A stretch of 64,000 bases of DNA from the human T2T-CHM13v2.0 reference genome, Homo sapiens (GCF_009914755.1 NC_060926.1); one strand, 5' to 3'; shown: positions 19,723-33,922, counted from the first letter of the stretch. Notes: a model not told the origin generated them from the sequence alone. Program-made: numbers and translations.

Positions 19723-20641
19723 GGCCTGAGGGCATGGTGTCCAGAGTCCCAGAGCAGATCAGGCCCCAAAGTCCTGCTGGACCCCCCAGCCACCGTGAGC
19801 TCCTCCGTGTGGCTAGGGAGCTGCTGTCCAGAGGCGGAGGTAAACATTGATCCCTCCTGCACACTCAGCTCTCTCATGGAAGTCGGAGCCCTCAGGGTCA
19901 CCTGAAAACTCTGACACTACCTTTGCCATTCACCTGTCCCGTCTCCAACATTAAAGCTTTTGGGTAGGCGTGTCATTTGTGTTTATGACTCTCAGTGTGC
20001 TTATAGAATTAACAGCTTAAAAAGTCCTTTCACATGTTTGCTTTCGGTGATAATGGTAGGTACCACTTAGAATCATTTAAGCAACAGGTCCAGGGAGCGT
20101 GAGAAACAGGAACTAGGCGTGAGGATGCTGGGTGTGCGGGCACAGGCAGGCGCAGGTGGGGCTTGGGGCAGCTGGGGATTGGGGTGCAGAGCCCAGCTCT
20201 CACCCTGCTGTGTCCCCCACTCATTGCCAGGTCTGTCCAAGCGGCTCCTTCCTTCTCTGCCCTCCTCTGACCACCTTCCTCTGTCCCCAGGAGCAGGCTG
20301 TGCTGTCACCTGTCCTCTCCCTCTCCACAGAGTAATCGATCCTGAGTTTTATGTTCATCCCACTCGGGGTTTCTTTACCATTTTAGCGCCAATTTTACAT
20401 AATCAAGCAATACAGCCTGGCTTTGTCTGTTTGAGATCGGCAGAGCTGAATCTCATGCGGGGTCATTCCTGCGGTGAGGCCCGCCCATATGGCCAGTGAC
20501 TGCTGCCCCGGGGCCCACCCTTGCCTTGCCGCAGGCAGCTCACATGTGAATGCCGGTCTTTGCTTATGGATGCCGTGAGAATGGGCATTTGACTTGTTCC
20601 CAGTCTGGGATGATTATGAAAATCAGCTACTGTCAATTCAT

Positions 20642-20643
<2 letters not shown>

Positions 20644-20681
<38 letters not shown>
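20644..20681. repeat. (TG)n microsatellite
   Basis: about 19 perfect GT units. Confidence 0.95.
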
Positions 20682-20683
<2 letters not shown>

Positions 20684-20869
20684 TTGTGCCTGTGTGCAGG
20701 GACTTCTGGGAGTAGGGGTGCCGGGCCGAGGCATGTGCATATGGCCAACCACTCCCCACGTGGTGGCCCCATTTCCACCATCGGCAGTGGCCTGAGGCCC
20801 CTTGCTCTGTATCTTCTCAACACTTGATACTGCAGACTTTTAACGTTTTACCAACCAGTTGGGATATAG

Positions 20870-21765
<896 letters not shown>

Positions 21766-23111
21766 TAAGGCTTAGGAGCTTGTTGTCTGTTCTGGACACT
21801 TAGCCATTGCTGGTGGCGTGTGTGACAGACATCTTTCCCCAGTCCTGGCTGGCTGTCCTGGTCATGATGGTGTCCTGGTTGGTTTTAACCTGCTGTGGAC
21901 TGAGTTAGTCCTGCGTCCGACTCCCCTCCACCTTCCGTGCCTTTCTTCCCTCACCCACCTTCTCATTCCCACGTTGCCTACTCCTTGTCCAGAACACACA
22001 GGGAGCAGCCCCTACTTGCCACATCACCCCACCCCAGGGTGCCCCTCCCTGCCCCGCTCTCCCTGGCTTCCTTCCAGTCCTTCTCAGGTGTTGGCACATG
22101 GAGCCCACAGAGCTAACAGCCACCCCACTCCTGAGTTTGGATCTGCTTCAGTGTCTGGGAGGTGGAGGTGAAAGACACCTGCTTTTATTATGGACAGAGC
22201 TGATTGGGTGGCGTGGTCCCATGAGTTTTCAAGGTCATCATCCAGACTCGAGCAGGTTTGCCCTTTAGTTGAGGGCAGGGGGGACTACTGCAGGGGACGC
22301 CGGTGGCCCCAGCACGTTGCCCAAAGTGTGCCTGGTCTGCGGTCTGCAGGACAGTTCTCAGCTCTCACAGAACATCACGGCCAGCTGGGGGCCAGGGTCT
22401 GCCCTTGACTCTGTTCCACTTCGCCCAAGGTGGGGCCGGGACTTTGGCACTTAGGGAACCCCAGATGGCTGTGAGGGCTGAGGACCACTGGACTAAATGG
22501 GATGGTGCTGAAAAGCAGTTATGCACTCAGAGGAGGCACTTCTGCACTGGACTGAATCAGATCCCTGTCTCAACCCACCCCGGGCTCCAGGAGCACCTGT
22601 CACATGTTGGCACACATGTGCACATGTGAACATAGACAGTAGTGCTCACCTATATGTACACACACATACACACGGAAACATGTCCGTGCACAGCATGCAT
22701 GTACACCTGGTGACTGATCAAAGGTGAGGCGACGTTCGATGTTGAAAACCAAAAGCTGGAGGCACTGCCCCTCAAGCCAGGAGGCAGGCGTGTGTCAGCA
22801 TAGTCTGGCCAGCAGGGCAAGGCTCTCCCTAGCCTTAGGGGAGGCTGCAGGTGACGCCGGTCCCAACAGCGTGCTGTCTGCAGCAAATCTGTTGCTGGGG
22901 CCGACTCCCAAACGGGGCTGTCGAGGCCCGGTTGGCTTTCAGAGGCGTATCCATGGGAGTAGGTGTCATGTATCAAATAGGAGATTCAAAGTCAGCTGTT
23001 ACCACGGCTACAGAAATGCCAGTCTTTTCCTAAGAGTGCGAATGGACACACACATGTGCATACGTGCACACATGCACCCTCAGGCTCTCACGGAGCCCTG
23101 GGTGCCTACAG

Positions 23112-23219
23112 CAGGACGTCCAGGACGGGAACACCACAGTGCACTACGCCCTCCTCAGCGCCTCCTGGGCTGTGCTCTGCTACTACGCCGAAGACCTGCG
23201 CCTGAAGCTGCCCTTGCAG
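23112..23219 (+). CDS. ANO7: ANO7 exon 5
   Basis: ctacag|QDVQDGNTTVHYALLSASWAVLCYYAEDLRLKLPLQ|gtacgt. Confidence 0.94.
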
Positions 23220-23884
23220 GTACGTGGGAGGCATGGGGACAGGGTGGGCCTGGAGGTCCCGGTCCCCACACACTGCGTTCAGCTGCCAGTGCCGACAGCC
23301 TCAGGAGGGCTCCCTGCTCAGAGGCCTCAGGGGCTCCTCCTACCCACCCCGACACCAGGCCCCAAGAAACCTCACTGGGCAAACAGGGCAGGTGGTGGCA
23401 TCCCCCACAGTGGGCTCCCGGGAGGTGGGGTCGGGTGAACAGTGCGTGTGCACTGAGCTGGCCCCTCCAGGCCCAGACCCCCGCCAGGCCACCTGCTGAG
23501 GGCCCTGCCTATGAACATGGGGTGGAGAAGGCTGCCTCCAGGTGACCTCAGGAAGATGGGCCTGGACGTGGGTCCGCCTCCCACCGCACTGGCTGGCCTG
23601 ACCCTCACTGCGTGCGGGTGGGAGACACGCTACTTACCAGTTCCCACCCCTTTTCCACTTGAGGGTCTCTGGGCTACAAATTGACAAGCTGAGCAGCCTC
23701 AGAGCCTGAGGCCCTGAGAGGGGAAGGGGCTCACCTGGGCCCTCACAGGGTCTACCACGCTCCTTCCCTCTGCTGGAGCCCCTTCGCCCATTGCCCAATT
23801 TGCAAACTTGCACAACCTCCACTCCCACCTGGGGCATTTGCCCTCCTCCCGGGAGTGGGAGGAGCCACTGATGTTTCCTTCCAG

Positions 23885-24021
23885 GAGTTACCCAACCAGG
23901 CCTCCAACTGGTCGGCCGGCCTGCTGGCATGGCTGGGCATCCCCAACGTCCTGCTGGAGGTTGTGCCAGACGTACCCCCCGAGTACTACTCCTGCCGGTT
24001 CAGAGTGAACAAGCTGCCACG
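23885..24021 (+). CDS. ANO7: ANO7 exon 6
   Basis: ttccag|ELPNQASNWSAG...SCRFRVNKLP CG|gtaagg. Confidence 0.94.
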
Positions 24022-24985
24022 GTAAGGCAGGGGCCCTGCCAGTCGGAGGAAAGAACAGGAGTGAGTGGGAGTCGGTGAATGAGTGAGCGGAACTTGGTGC
24101 TTCCCCAGGACTCTCCTCACCTGGAGTTTTCGGCAGGGAATCTGAGGCCAGGTGCGCACGCTTATCGCGTGTCTGCATTTCCAAATGCCGCTGCGTCAGC
24201 CGGGCTGGGGCGGTTGTGCTGCAGGACAGATAAACCCCCCAAGGCCCAGTGGCTGGACACGCGAGGTCTAGTTCCTGCTCAGGCACACGTGTGGTGGGGC
24301 GGCGCGGTACCTGCTCACCACGGTCTCTCAGGGCCCGGGCGATGGAGGCTCTGTCTCGTCACAGCGTCCCCAACTGTGGAGGTAGAATACAGGGACACGT
24401 TTGGCCCATGCTGGCTCCCTCCTGGAAACGACACGTGTGTCGTCCACACACATTACTACTGGACAAAGCCAGTTGCACTATGGCACCAGGCCTACAGACT
24501 AGGGGAGTCCAGAAGTGGCAGGGACCACTGTCGGGGAACCAGTGCTGAAGGCGGCCTTTCTGCCACACGGGATGCCTCCTTTTGGGGCTGGTGGGAAATT
24601 CAGCCTCACTCCGTGTTGCCCCACCTATGGCTTCCCAAGATTCTGGTTTCCCAGGGAGGGCCCCTACCCAGTCACTGTCCGCACTGCCCACGAGCACCCT
24701 CGGCCCCATGACGGAGCTTCAGGGCGGCACACGGGATGGGGCTCCCTGGCCAGCCTGGCCCTCTCTACACCGCCCTGCCCTGTGCCCAACCACAGTTTGC
24801 TTCCCCCCACCCTGTGTGTGGTGAGGGGTTCTGGGTATCTGGGGGCCTGCTGTGGCCTCCTGTTCCTGGGGATGTGAAAAGGCATAATCGGGAGCTGCTG
24901 ACCTGCCGGGGAGCCAGCTGCTTCTCCTGGGGCGAGGGCTGTGTCCGCAGGCCTGTGCTTCTGCGTGCGCGCCAGCACCCGGGCC

Positions 24986-25099
24986 CCAAACCTTCTGCAC
25001 CGTTCACATGCCCGCAGCTTCCTCCAAACCTTCTGCACCGTTCACATGCCCACAGCTTCCTCCAAACCTTCTGCACTGTTCACATGCCCACAGCTTCCT
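24986..25099 (+). repeat. 38-bp tandem repeat x3 overlapping the exon-7 acceptor
   Basis: unit ccaaaccttctgcaccgttcacatgccc(g/a)cagcttcct starting at 24986, 25024 and 25062. Confidence 0.95.
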
Positions 25100-25151
25100 C
25101 GGGAGTGACAACCAGGACACCTTCTTCACAAGCACCAAGAGGCACCAAATT
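25094..25151 (+). CDS. ANO7: ANO7 exon 7
   Basis: cacag|C FLGSDNQDTFFTSTKRHQI|gtgagt. Confidence 0.92.
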
Positions 25152-25993
25152 GTGAGTGGGGGTTCCCTGCCGCGGGCCCCAAACCCTGACCTGGCTCTGA
25201 GGATCCTGCCAGCCCCCAGCCTCCATGGATGCAGAAAGGCCTGCTTGAGACCAGAGGGCCGAGGCCTGGAGCCCGGAGGCTTTGGAAACTTTAGAGGCTG
25301 ACCTCACCTCGCTACACAGGGCAGGCCATGACCTGGGATTGGGAAGGGGTGGGGAAGGGCCCAGTTCCCCTCCGGGACCCCAGGGCTCAAAATAGATATT
25401 GGATCTATGGACATGTGGGACAGCCGAGACTAGCCCCAGGCAGGGTGGGTCCTGCCGGCTGGGAGCAGACCTGCCCTGCAGCGTCGGAGGAAGGGTGGCC
25501 CCAGGCGGGGCAGGCCCAAGGCACCCGGCAGGAGGCCTGTTCCTGAGGCCTACCCAAGAGAGGCCCTGCTGACCACCACAGGGCACACAGTCACGTGGCT
25601 GCCCAGGTAGGGGGCAGGGCACACCCTGGACACAGCTGACTGCCAGGCTGCAGTGTTCACCGTCACCCAGGGTGCAGGTCCAGAGTGGGCTGCGCACGGC
25701 CAGGCAGGGGCCCAGCTTCAGGTGCAGACTCGACTCCCACATGCCGTGTGGCTCTGGTCAAGGACTCTGAGCCTGCACAGTGGGAGAATGAGCACTACCC
25801 TGGCACAGGGGCGTCCTGCATGTGCATGTGCGGTGGTGACACAAAGTCCCAAGCCTTTCCATCAGATCGCTATTGTCACCAGAAGGCTGAGGGAGGCCGT
25901 CCATGGCCTTGGCCTAAAGACAGGCTAGCTAGGACTTCCCTGTTCTGCTATCACGTGACAAGTGACCTGCGCCATCCTCCACATCCCCTGCAG

Positions 25994-26104
25994 CTGTTTG
26001 AGATCCTGGCCAAGACCCCGTATGGCCACGAGAAGAAAAACCTGCTTGGGATCCACCAGCTGCTGGCAGAGGGTGTCCTCAGTGCCGCCTTCCCCCTGCA
26101 TGAT
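25994..26104 (+). CDS. ANO7: ANO7 exon 8
   Basis: ctgcag|LFEILAKTPYG...AAFPLHD|gtgagc. Confidence 0.95.
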
Positions 26105-27132
26105 GTGAGCTCGGGGGCTGGGGGCTCCAGCCTGGGTATGGGAGATGAGTCCCCTTGGGTCCTGTTGGCCCCCAGGGAGGCGGGTGTGGGGCAGGCATGG
26201 TCAGCCGGCGTGGCCACCCAGGAGTCAGAACACTAAATGCACACACATGCGGCGATGTGATCAGGCCATCCCGTGGCCTGTCCGGGGCCTCAGGTCCGGC
26301 TCTGCGGGGACTGCAGCCCACACTGCGGTGCCCAACACGGGAACAGGCCGGTCCCTGGGCTCTAGATGCTATGGCTCTGTCTCTCTGGGTAGCGTCTCTT
26401 GCTGGGAAAGACAGTGAGGTCTCCTATCCCCCTCCAGAAGCTGGGTAAACTGAGGCAATGCCAAAGCGGGCACTGACCAGGGCAGCTGCCGCTGCACCTG
26501 TTCCTATCAGCGTTACCATCATCCCTGAGAAAACAGCCACTGTGGGGAGCAGAAGGCCATTTATTCCCCCACCCGCCCAAGCCTTCCCCCTTGGCCGAGC
26601 AGGGGAGGGGCCTTGCAGGCAGCCAGGGCATCTGGGGCCTGGTCAGGCCTGAGCCCACTGCTGCATGGCCAGGGGTCCAGTCCTGCCCCAACGCCGTCAT
26701 GAGGGTTAAATGAAAAAGTGGGTGTGGAAATGCCAGGTGTCCCACCTTGCTGGGGTGGCTCCTCCCGCCAGCCAGGGCCCAGAATGCACAGCACAGGACA
26801 CGAGCCTGGGGACTCTCCAACCCAGAGAAGGTGCTGGACCCTGGACCACCGCCACTGGCTTCTCTCAGGGTGGCCTCTCCAGGCCCTTCCCCGCCCTGAA
26901 CCCTCGAAGTCCAGGAGTCAGAGGGGCCTCACCACATATGTCCCCTCCTCAGAGAGGTCCTCCCGGACCACCCTGTACCCACCCCTCCACATTACTCTAT
27001 TTTTTCTTCATGGAGCAATCCCAGACTCCCAGGCCTGTCTGCCCATGTCCCACACTGAAGCCCCTGCACCTACAACAGTGCCCAGTGGGGTCAGCTGGGG
27101 GAGCCTCCCACCCACAGGCCGCTCGCCCCCAG

Positions 27133-27298
27133 GGCCCCTTCAAGACGCCCCCAGAGGGCCCGCAGGCTCCACGCCTCAACCAGCGCCAAGTCCTTTTCCA
27201 GCACTGGGCGCGCTGGGGCAAGTGGAACAAGTACCAGCCCCTGGACCACGTGCGCAGGTACTTCGGGGAGAAGGTGGCCCTCTACTTCGCCTGGCTCG
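27133..27298 (+). CDS. ANO7: ANO7 exon 9
   Basis: ccccag|GPFKTPP...[22 protein letters not shown]|gtgagt. Confidence 0.96.
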
Positions 27299-28664
27299 GT
27301 GAGTCCCCCCCGCTGCCCCCCAGACCACCTGGGCCCCCCCAGCTTGGTGTCAGGTTGTAACAATTTGCCAGTCCGTACCCCTGGAGGGCAGCGTGCGTGG
27401 GGGCCTGGACGGTGGGCGCAGCTCTTGGCTCGACCGGGCTGCCCTCCTGGCTCCCCTCAAGCCCACTCACTCTAACTGGGCGCCATGACGATGCCGGGCC
27501 CTGGCCTCCTAATGCTCCAGTAACAGTGCTGAGAGCCGCTTCTGCTGGTGGGGGTCTCTCCTGACTCCCTCCCCGAATGTCACTGGCCCATGAGGCCCTG
27601 GGGCAACCCCAGGAACTTCCATCCTAGGGAGGTCGCCCCTGCCTGGGTCCAGGCCAAGCCTCTCATCTCCTCCAAGCAGGCCATCTACCCCAGGCAACCC
27701 CAGAGCTGTTCCTCCTGGGTCCTGGCTGCCCTCACCCCACTCAGCTCTTGGCACCCTCCCTTCCCCATCCTGGGTCAGACCCAACCCCTTCATTCTGTGC
27801 CCCAGAACTTCCAAAGCCCTTTCTCATCCGCACACACAGCCCCACCGTGGACCCAGACAATAGAGCCAGCCAGGGCAGCGGGCGGGGCCGGCAGGCATGG
27901 AAGGGCAGCCGGGGCACAGCATCGGGGCAGAGGGACAGCTCCTGTGTGCCAGGACTCACCCGGCCATCTCAGGACCTGGAGCAGCAACCCTGGGACAGCA
28001 CGGCCAGGCTGGGGGCTTCTGGGGGCAAGCAGGGCCAGGGCTGGATCTGGGCTCCAGGCAGACTTGCGTTTCACAGCAGTCACTTTGGCCAGCAGAGAGT
28101 CAGGCAGGAGACAGGACACCAGGCCTGGGACTGGACTAGCCCTATGGGAGGCAGTGGGGGTACATGCTGAGGGCCTGGGGTAACTGAGGGATTGCGGCTG
28201 TGGTCAGATGAGGCAGGGGCCAGGGTGGGGGTTGGGTGGTGGGGAGGGAGGTACCCGGAATGACTCGTGGTTTCCCTGGGGCTGGAACACGGGTGGGCCC
28301 ACAGCTCTGTGGTGGGCAGGATGTAGAGGGACTTCTCTGTCCGTCCCGGGCAGGTTGGTTGGAGTGAGCTGGCTGAGGAGAAGGCATCCAGAGGTGGAGA
28401 GCCTGGTGGGCTGGAGCCCCAGCAGCACTGGTGTTGGGGTCAATGTGGTAGGGGTGTCCAGAGTCTAGGGCAGAGGCCCAGGAGGGTGGGCCGTGCCAGA
28501 GCTGCCAGGGAGAGCTGTGTACCTCTTGGCCTCCTCACATAGGGCCCCAGCCCCCAAGCTGGGCTGAGGGTGGTCCCTAGGGGACAAGCATGGCTGTGCA
28601 GACCCCTACCTGGGGCCCCCAAGCCTGGGTTCCTGATGGTGGACCCCTGCCATCCTCTCTACAG

Positions 28665-28755
28665 GGTTTTACACAGGCTGGCTCCTGCCAGCGGCAGTGG
28701 TGGGCACACTGGTGTTCCTGGTGGGCTGCTTCCTGGTGTTCTCAGACATACCCAC
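28665..28755 (+). CDS. ANO7: ANO7 exon 10 (TM1)
   Basis: ctacag|GG FYTGWLLPAAVVGTLVFLVGCFLVFSDIP AC|gtgagt. Confidence 0.95.
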
Positions 28756-28937
28756 GTGAGTGTTCCCTCTCCGCAGCTCTGGGGCCTGGTGCTGGGCCTC
28801 CAGATGGGTGTGGGGCGGGGGGACCCCTAGGTGCTAGGTCCTGTGCAGACAGCTGGTGCTTGAGGTGATTGAGGTGTGAGGTGAGCACATGCCTGTCTTC
28901 AGGAGTGTCACAGAGGGCCTTGTGGACATGGCTGAAA

Positions 28938-30240
28938 GGCTGGCAGGTGGACAGGAGTGCTCCCAGGCTGACAGGTGGACAGGAGTGCTCCCAGGCTGAC
29001 AGGTGGACAGGAGTGCTCCCAAACTGACAGGTGGTCAGGAGCACTCCCAGACTGACAGGCAGACGGGGCGCTCCCAGGCTGACAGGTAGTCAGGAGTGCT
29101 CCCAGGCTGGCACCGGTGGATAGGAGTGCTCCCAGGCTGACAGGTGGTCAGGAGTGCTCCCAGGCTGATAGGTGGACAGGAGTGCTCCCAGGCTGACAGG
29201 TAGCTAGGACTGTTCTCAGGCTGAAACAGGTAGACAGGTGTGCTCTCAGGCTGACACAGGTGGATAAGAGTGCTCCAAGGCTGACACAGGTGGACAGGAG
29301 TGCTCCCAGGCTGACAGGTGGACAGGAGTGCTCCCAGGCTGACACAGGTGGACAGGAGTGCTCCCAGTCTGACAGGTGGACAGGAGTGCTCCCAGGCTGA
29401 CACAGGTGGACAGGAGTGCTCCCAGCCTGACACAGGTGGGCAGGAGTGCTCCCAGCCTGACACAGGTGGACAGGAGTGCTCCAAGGCTGACACAGGTGGA
29501 CAGGAGTGTTCCCAGTCTGACAAGTGGACAGGAGTGCTCCCAGGCTGACAGGTGGACAGGAGTGCTCCCAGTCTGACAGGTGGACAGGAGTGCTCCCAGT
29601 CTGACAGGTGGACAGGAGTGCTCCCAGGCTGACAGGTGGACAGGAGTGCTCCCAGGCTGACAGGTGGGCAGGAGTGCTCCCAGCCTGACACAGGTGGGCA
29701 GGAGTGCTACCAGGCTGACACAGGTGGACAGGAGTGCTCCCAGGCTGACATAGGTGGACAGGAGTGCTCCCAGGCTGACAGGTGGACAGGAGTGCTCCCA
29801 GGCTGACACAGGTGGACAGGAGTGCTCCCAGCCTGACACAGGTGGGCAGGAGTGCTCCCAGCCTGACACAGGTGGACAGGAGTGCTCCAAGGCTGACAGG
29901 TGGACAGGAGTGCTCCCAGGTTGACACAAGTGGACAGGAGTGCTCCCAGTCTGACAGGTGGACAGGAGTGCTCCCAGGCTGACAGGTGGGCAGGAATGCT
30001 CCCAGCCTGACACAGGTGGGCAGGAGTGCTCCCAGGCTGACACAGGTGGACAGGAGTGCTCCCAGGCTGACAGGTGGACAGGAGTGCTCCCAGGCTGACA
30101 CAGGTAGACAGGAGTGCTCCCAGTCTGACAGGTGGACAGGAGTGCTCCCAGGCTGACAGGTGGACAGGAGTGCTCCCAGGCTGACACAGGTGGACAGGAG
30201 TGTTCCAAGGCTGACAGATGGGCAGGAGTGCTCCCATGCT
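28938..30240. repeat. 28/30-bp minisatellite (VNTR), about 45 copies, in ANO7 intron 10
   Basis: unit caggtggacaggagtgctcccaggctga(ca) repeated over about 1.3 kb, more degenerate at the 5' end. Confidence 0.97.
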
Positions 30241-30529
30241 AATTTTATTGGCACTCTTGTTTATTATAATAATGTAAGCTTTCTTATAATATTAATAAAT
30301 GGGCTTGTGTTTTAGTTTATCATGGAACTGAAATTCAGAAACTTAACTCAGACATTGTCATGGCATATATTTTAAAACAACTATTTTTTTTAAGAAATGC
30401 TGGGCCTGGCAAAGGCAGTGGTGGACAGAGAGGACAAGGGAGAGAGAGGACAAGGGAGGCGCCTGGCTGGGAGGAGCAAGCAGCCCCCCTCCCCCATTAG
30501 CTCCCACCCCTCCGCTCCATGCCTTGCAG

Positions 30530-30626
30530 GCAGGAACTGTGTGGCAGCAAGGACAGCTTCGAGATGTGCCCACTTTGCCTCGACTGCCCTTTCTGGCTGC
30601 TCTCCAGCGCCTGTGCCCTGGCCCAG
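30530..30626 (+). CDS. ANO7: ANO7 exon 11
   Basis: ttgcag|G QELCGSKDSFEMCPLCLDCPFWLLSSACALAQ|gtacga. Confidence 0.95.
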
Positions 30627-31189
30627 GTACGAGAAGAGGTGGGTGGGGTAAGGGATTTGAGAGTCGGGGATGAGGAGGGCAGCTCCCCTTGTCCTGGTCC
30701 TGACTCTGCCTGCACCAGCCCCTGTCCTGCTTGTCACCAGCTAAAGGCAGAACGCTCCATGAGCTCCTTAACCTTTGTTCTCTTGCCTGGAACTGGGGTT
30801 ACACACGGCACACACCTCCCAGCACTTGGCAGAGTGGCCCATGTTAGTGCTTCCCACTTGAGGACACCCCACACCAGGACTCTAGCTCTGGCACTCTGGG
30901 GGCACCTGGCCCTTGGCTCCAAGGCGGACAAACCCTGGAGACCCCAGGGCACAGGCAAAACCAAAGGTTTTGAGCAGAATTCCCAGCTTACAAGACCTGG
31001 GCAGGAGGCTCCTGCAGTCTCTGAGCCCCACTGTCCCCCCTCCCGCCTGGCATGCTTCCTGGGTCTGTCCACCTTCCCAGGGGCCTCAGGGCCTCGCTTG
31101 TACCCCACATGCACTGGACCCAGAGCCCTTGGCACTACTGATGGGCCAGACGCCGTTTGACCTCACTTCTGGGAATCCACTTGGATGTT

Positions 31190-31820
31190 TCCTAGGACCA
31201 CAAATGGGGACTTAAAACAGCAGAAGCTTATTCTCACAGGCCCGGGGCCAGAGTCCAGAATCAAGCTGTTGGCAGGCTTGGCCACTTCTGGGGACTCAGC
31301 CCCAGGCCTCTCTCCTGGTTTCTGGTGCTGCTGGCAGTCCTTGGTCCTCCCTGGCTTGTGGCCGCCTCATTCCAATCTCTGCTTCCATCTCCACCTGGCC
31401 TTCCCTTCTGTGTCTGCGTGCTGGTTCCTCTTCTCCCCTCTTGTAAGGGTTTGTCCAGAGTACTGTCATCTGGAGATCCTTACCTTACATCTACAAAGGC
31501 CCTTATTCAAATAAGATTACATTCTGAGGTTCCCAACGAACATATCTTTTGGGGGCCAGAATTCAACTCACTACAGGTCATCCTCTGGTTCCAAAACTTC
31601 ATGTCCATCCCACGTGCAAAATACACTCACCTCATCCCAGCATCCTCCAAAGTCTCAACCTCTTACAGCATTAACTCTAGGTCCAAAACCTCATGAAAAT
31701 ATCAGCTCAGAAAGTCCCAAATCGCATCCTCAAAGTCAGGTGTGGGTGAGACCTGGGTGTGAGCCGTCCTGAGGCAAAATTCCTCTCCCTCTGTGGGTCT
31801 GTGCTTCCAAAACACAGTCA
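31190..31820 (-). mobile_element. MLT1-family MaLR LTR relic
   Basis: ggacttaaaacagcagaagcttattctcacag...ccagagtccagaatcaag resembles MLT1 LTRs; subfamily and ends uncertain. Confidence 0.55.
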
Positions 31821-31823
31821 GGG

Positions 31824-32384
<561 letters not shown>

Positions 32385-32453
32385 GTGAGCCACCCCCGCT
32401 GGACCACGGTCACACCCGGCGAGGGCCGCCACTGAGCACCGGCTCCCTTCCAG

Positions 32454-32591
32454 GAGAGGCCTCGGCCCCAGTTTGCCGCCTCAGCCCCCATGACAGCCCC
32501 GAACCCCATCACGGGTGAGGACGAGCCCTACTTCCCTGAGAGGAGCCGCGCGCGCCGCATGCTGGCCGGCTCTGTGGTGATCGTGGTGATG
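32454..32591 (+). CDS. ANO7: ANO7 exon 13
   Basis: ttccag|ERPRPQF...NPITGEDEPYFP...VVIVVM|gtatgc. Confidence 0.95.
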
Positions 32592-33250
32592 GTATGCGGT
32601 CCCCCTGCCCTCCACTCACGCCTCCATCCTCCTGCACCATGTGGGGTGGTTTTGTCCCCCATCTCACCTTGGTGCCGTGGCCAGATGCCTCCTCTGGGCA
32701 CAGAACCCTCACTCCCCGCAGAGAGGCCCCCATGTGCCCGGGCTCGGCCGTGGGGTCCCGGCTGAGAGCAGGTGTGAGTCATACGGAGGGCCTGGGAGGG
32801 TCTCCCCGTGGGTGCGGGCATGGGGCATTTTTCAAGCAAGGGGGTTGGTTTCAAGGAAAAGAGAGGCGGGCACCCCAGCAGGGCCATTCACTGCACCCTG
32901 TCTTGCCTTCCAGCCAAAGGGGCTTCCTAATAGGACCTCTCACTCCCCTGCCAAGATGTCAGGAATCCCCAATTCCTGGGATGGGATGGCTCTCCAACAC
33001 TCACAGTGGCTGCCTTGACACCCAGATGTGGCCCAGCCTCTAACTCTAACCCCACCCCACCTCTGCCTGAGCAACTCATCAGGAAGGACATAGCCTGGGA
33101 GCACAGCCGGGGCTGGAGGCAGGGGCCTTCCTAGAGGTGGCAGTGCTGGGGCCAGCAGTGGACTAGAAGAGCTGTCGGGGGCCATGGCCTGAGGGTGCTG
33201 GGGTGCCCAAGACACCGTGAAGGGTCTCACGGGCCTCCCTGCCCCCGCAG

Positions 33251-33349
33251 GTGGCCGTGGTGGTCATGTGCCTCGTGTCTATCATCCTGTACCGTGCCAT
33301 CATGGCCATCGTGGTGTCCAGGTCGGGCAACACCCTTCTCGCAGCCTGG
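33251..33349 (+). CDS. ANO7: ANO7 exon 14
   Basis: ccgcag|VAVVVMCLVSIILYR...TLLAAW|gtgagc. Confidence 0.95.
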
Positions 33350-33423
33350 GTGAGCCTCTGCTGCCTGCCTCGGGGGGCCCTGAGCGGCCCCTCATCCGGC
33401 TCTGACGGCCTGTCTCCCGTTAG

Positions 33424-33526
33424 GCCTCTCGCATCGCCAGCCTCACGGGGTCTGTAGTGAACCTCGTCTTCATCCTCATCCTCTCCAAGATCTATGTATC
33501 CCTGGCCCACGTCCTGACACGATGGG
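33424..33526 (+). CDS. ANO7: ANO7 exon 15
   Basis: cgttag|ASRIASLTGSVVNLVFILILSKIYVSLAHVLTRW G|gtgagt. Confidence 0.95.
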
Positions 33527-33594
33527 GTGAGTGGGCTGAGGCCGGCCAGGCACTGACCAGGGGCCCACCCTGCCGGCCGCCAGCCAGAACGTGA

Positions 33595-33922
<328 letters not shown>

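Noticed and set aside
29035-30254. Long minus-strand repetitive ORFs (up to 368 aa, WEHSCPPVS repeats) and CRISPR-like periodicity
   Set aside because: They are translations of the 28/30-bp VNTR. Units are adjacent with no unique spacers, there are no cas genes and the DNA is human.
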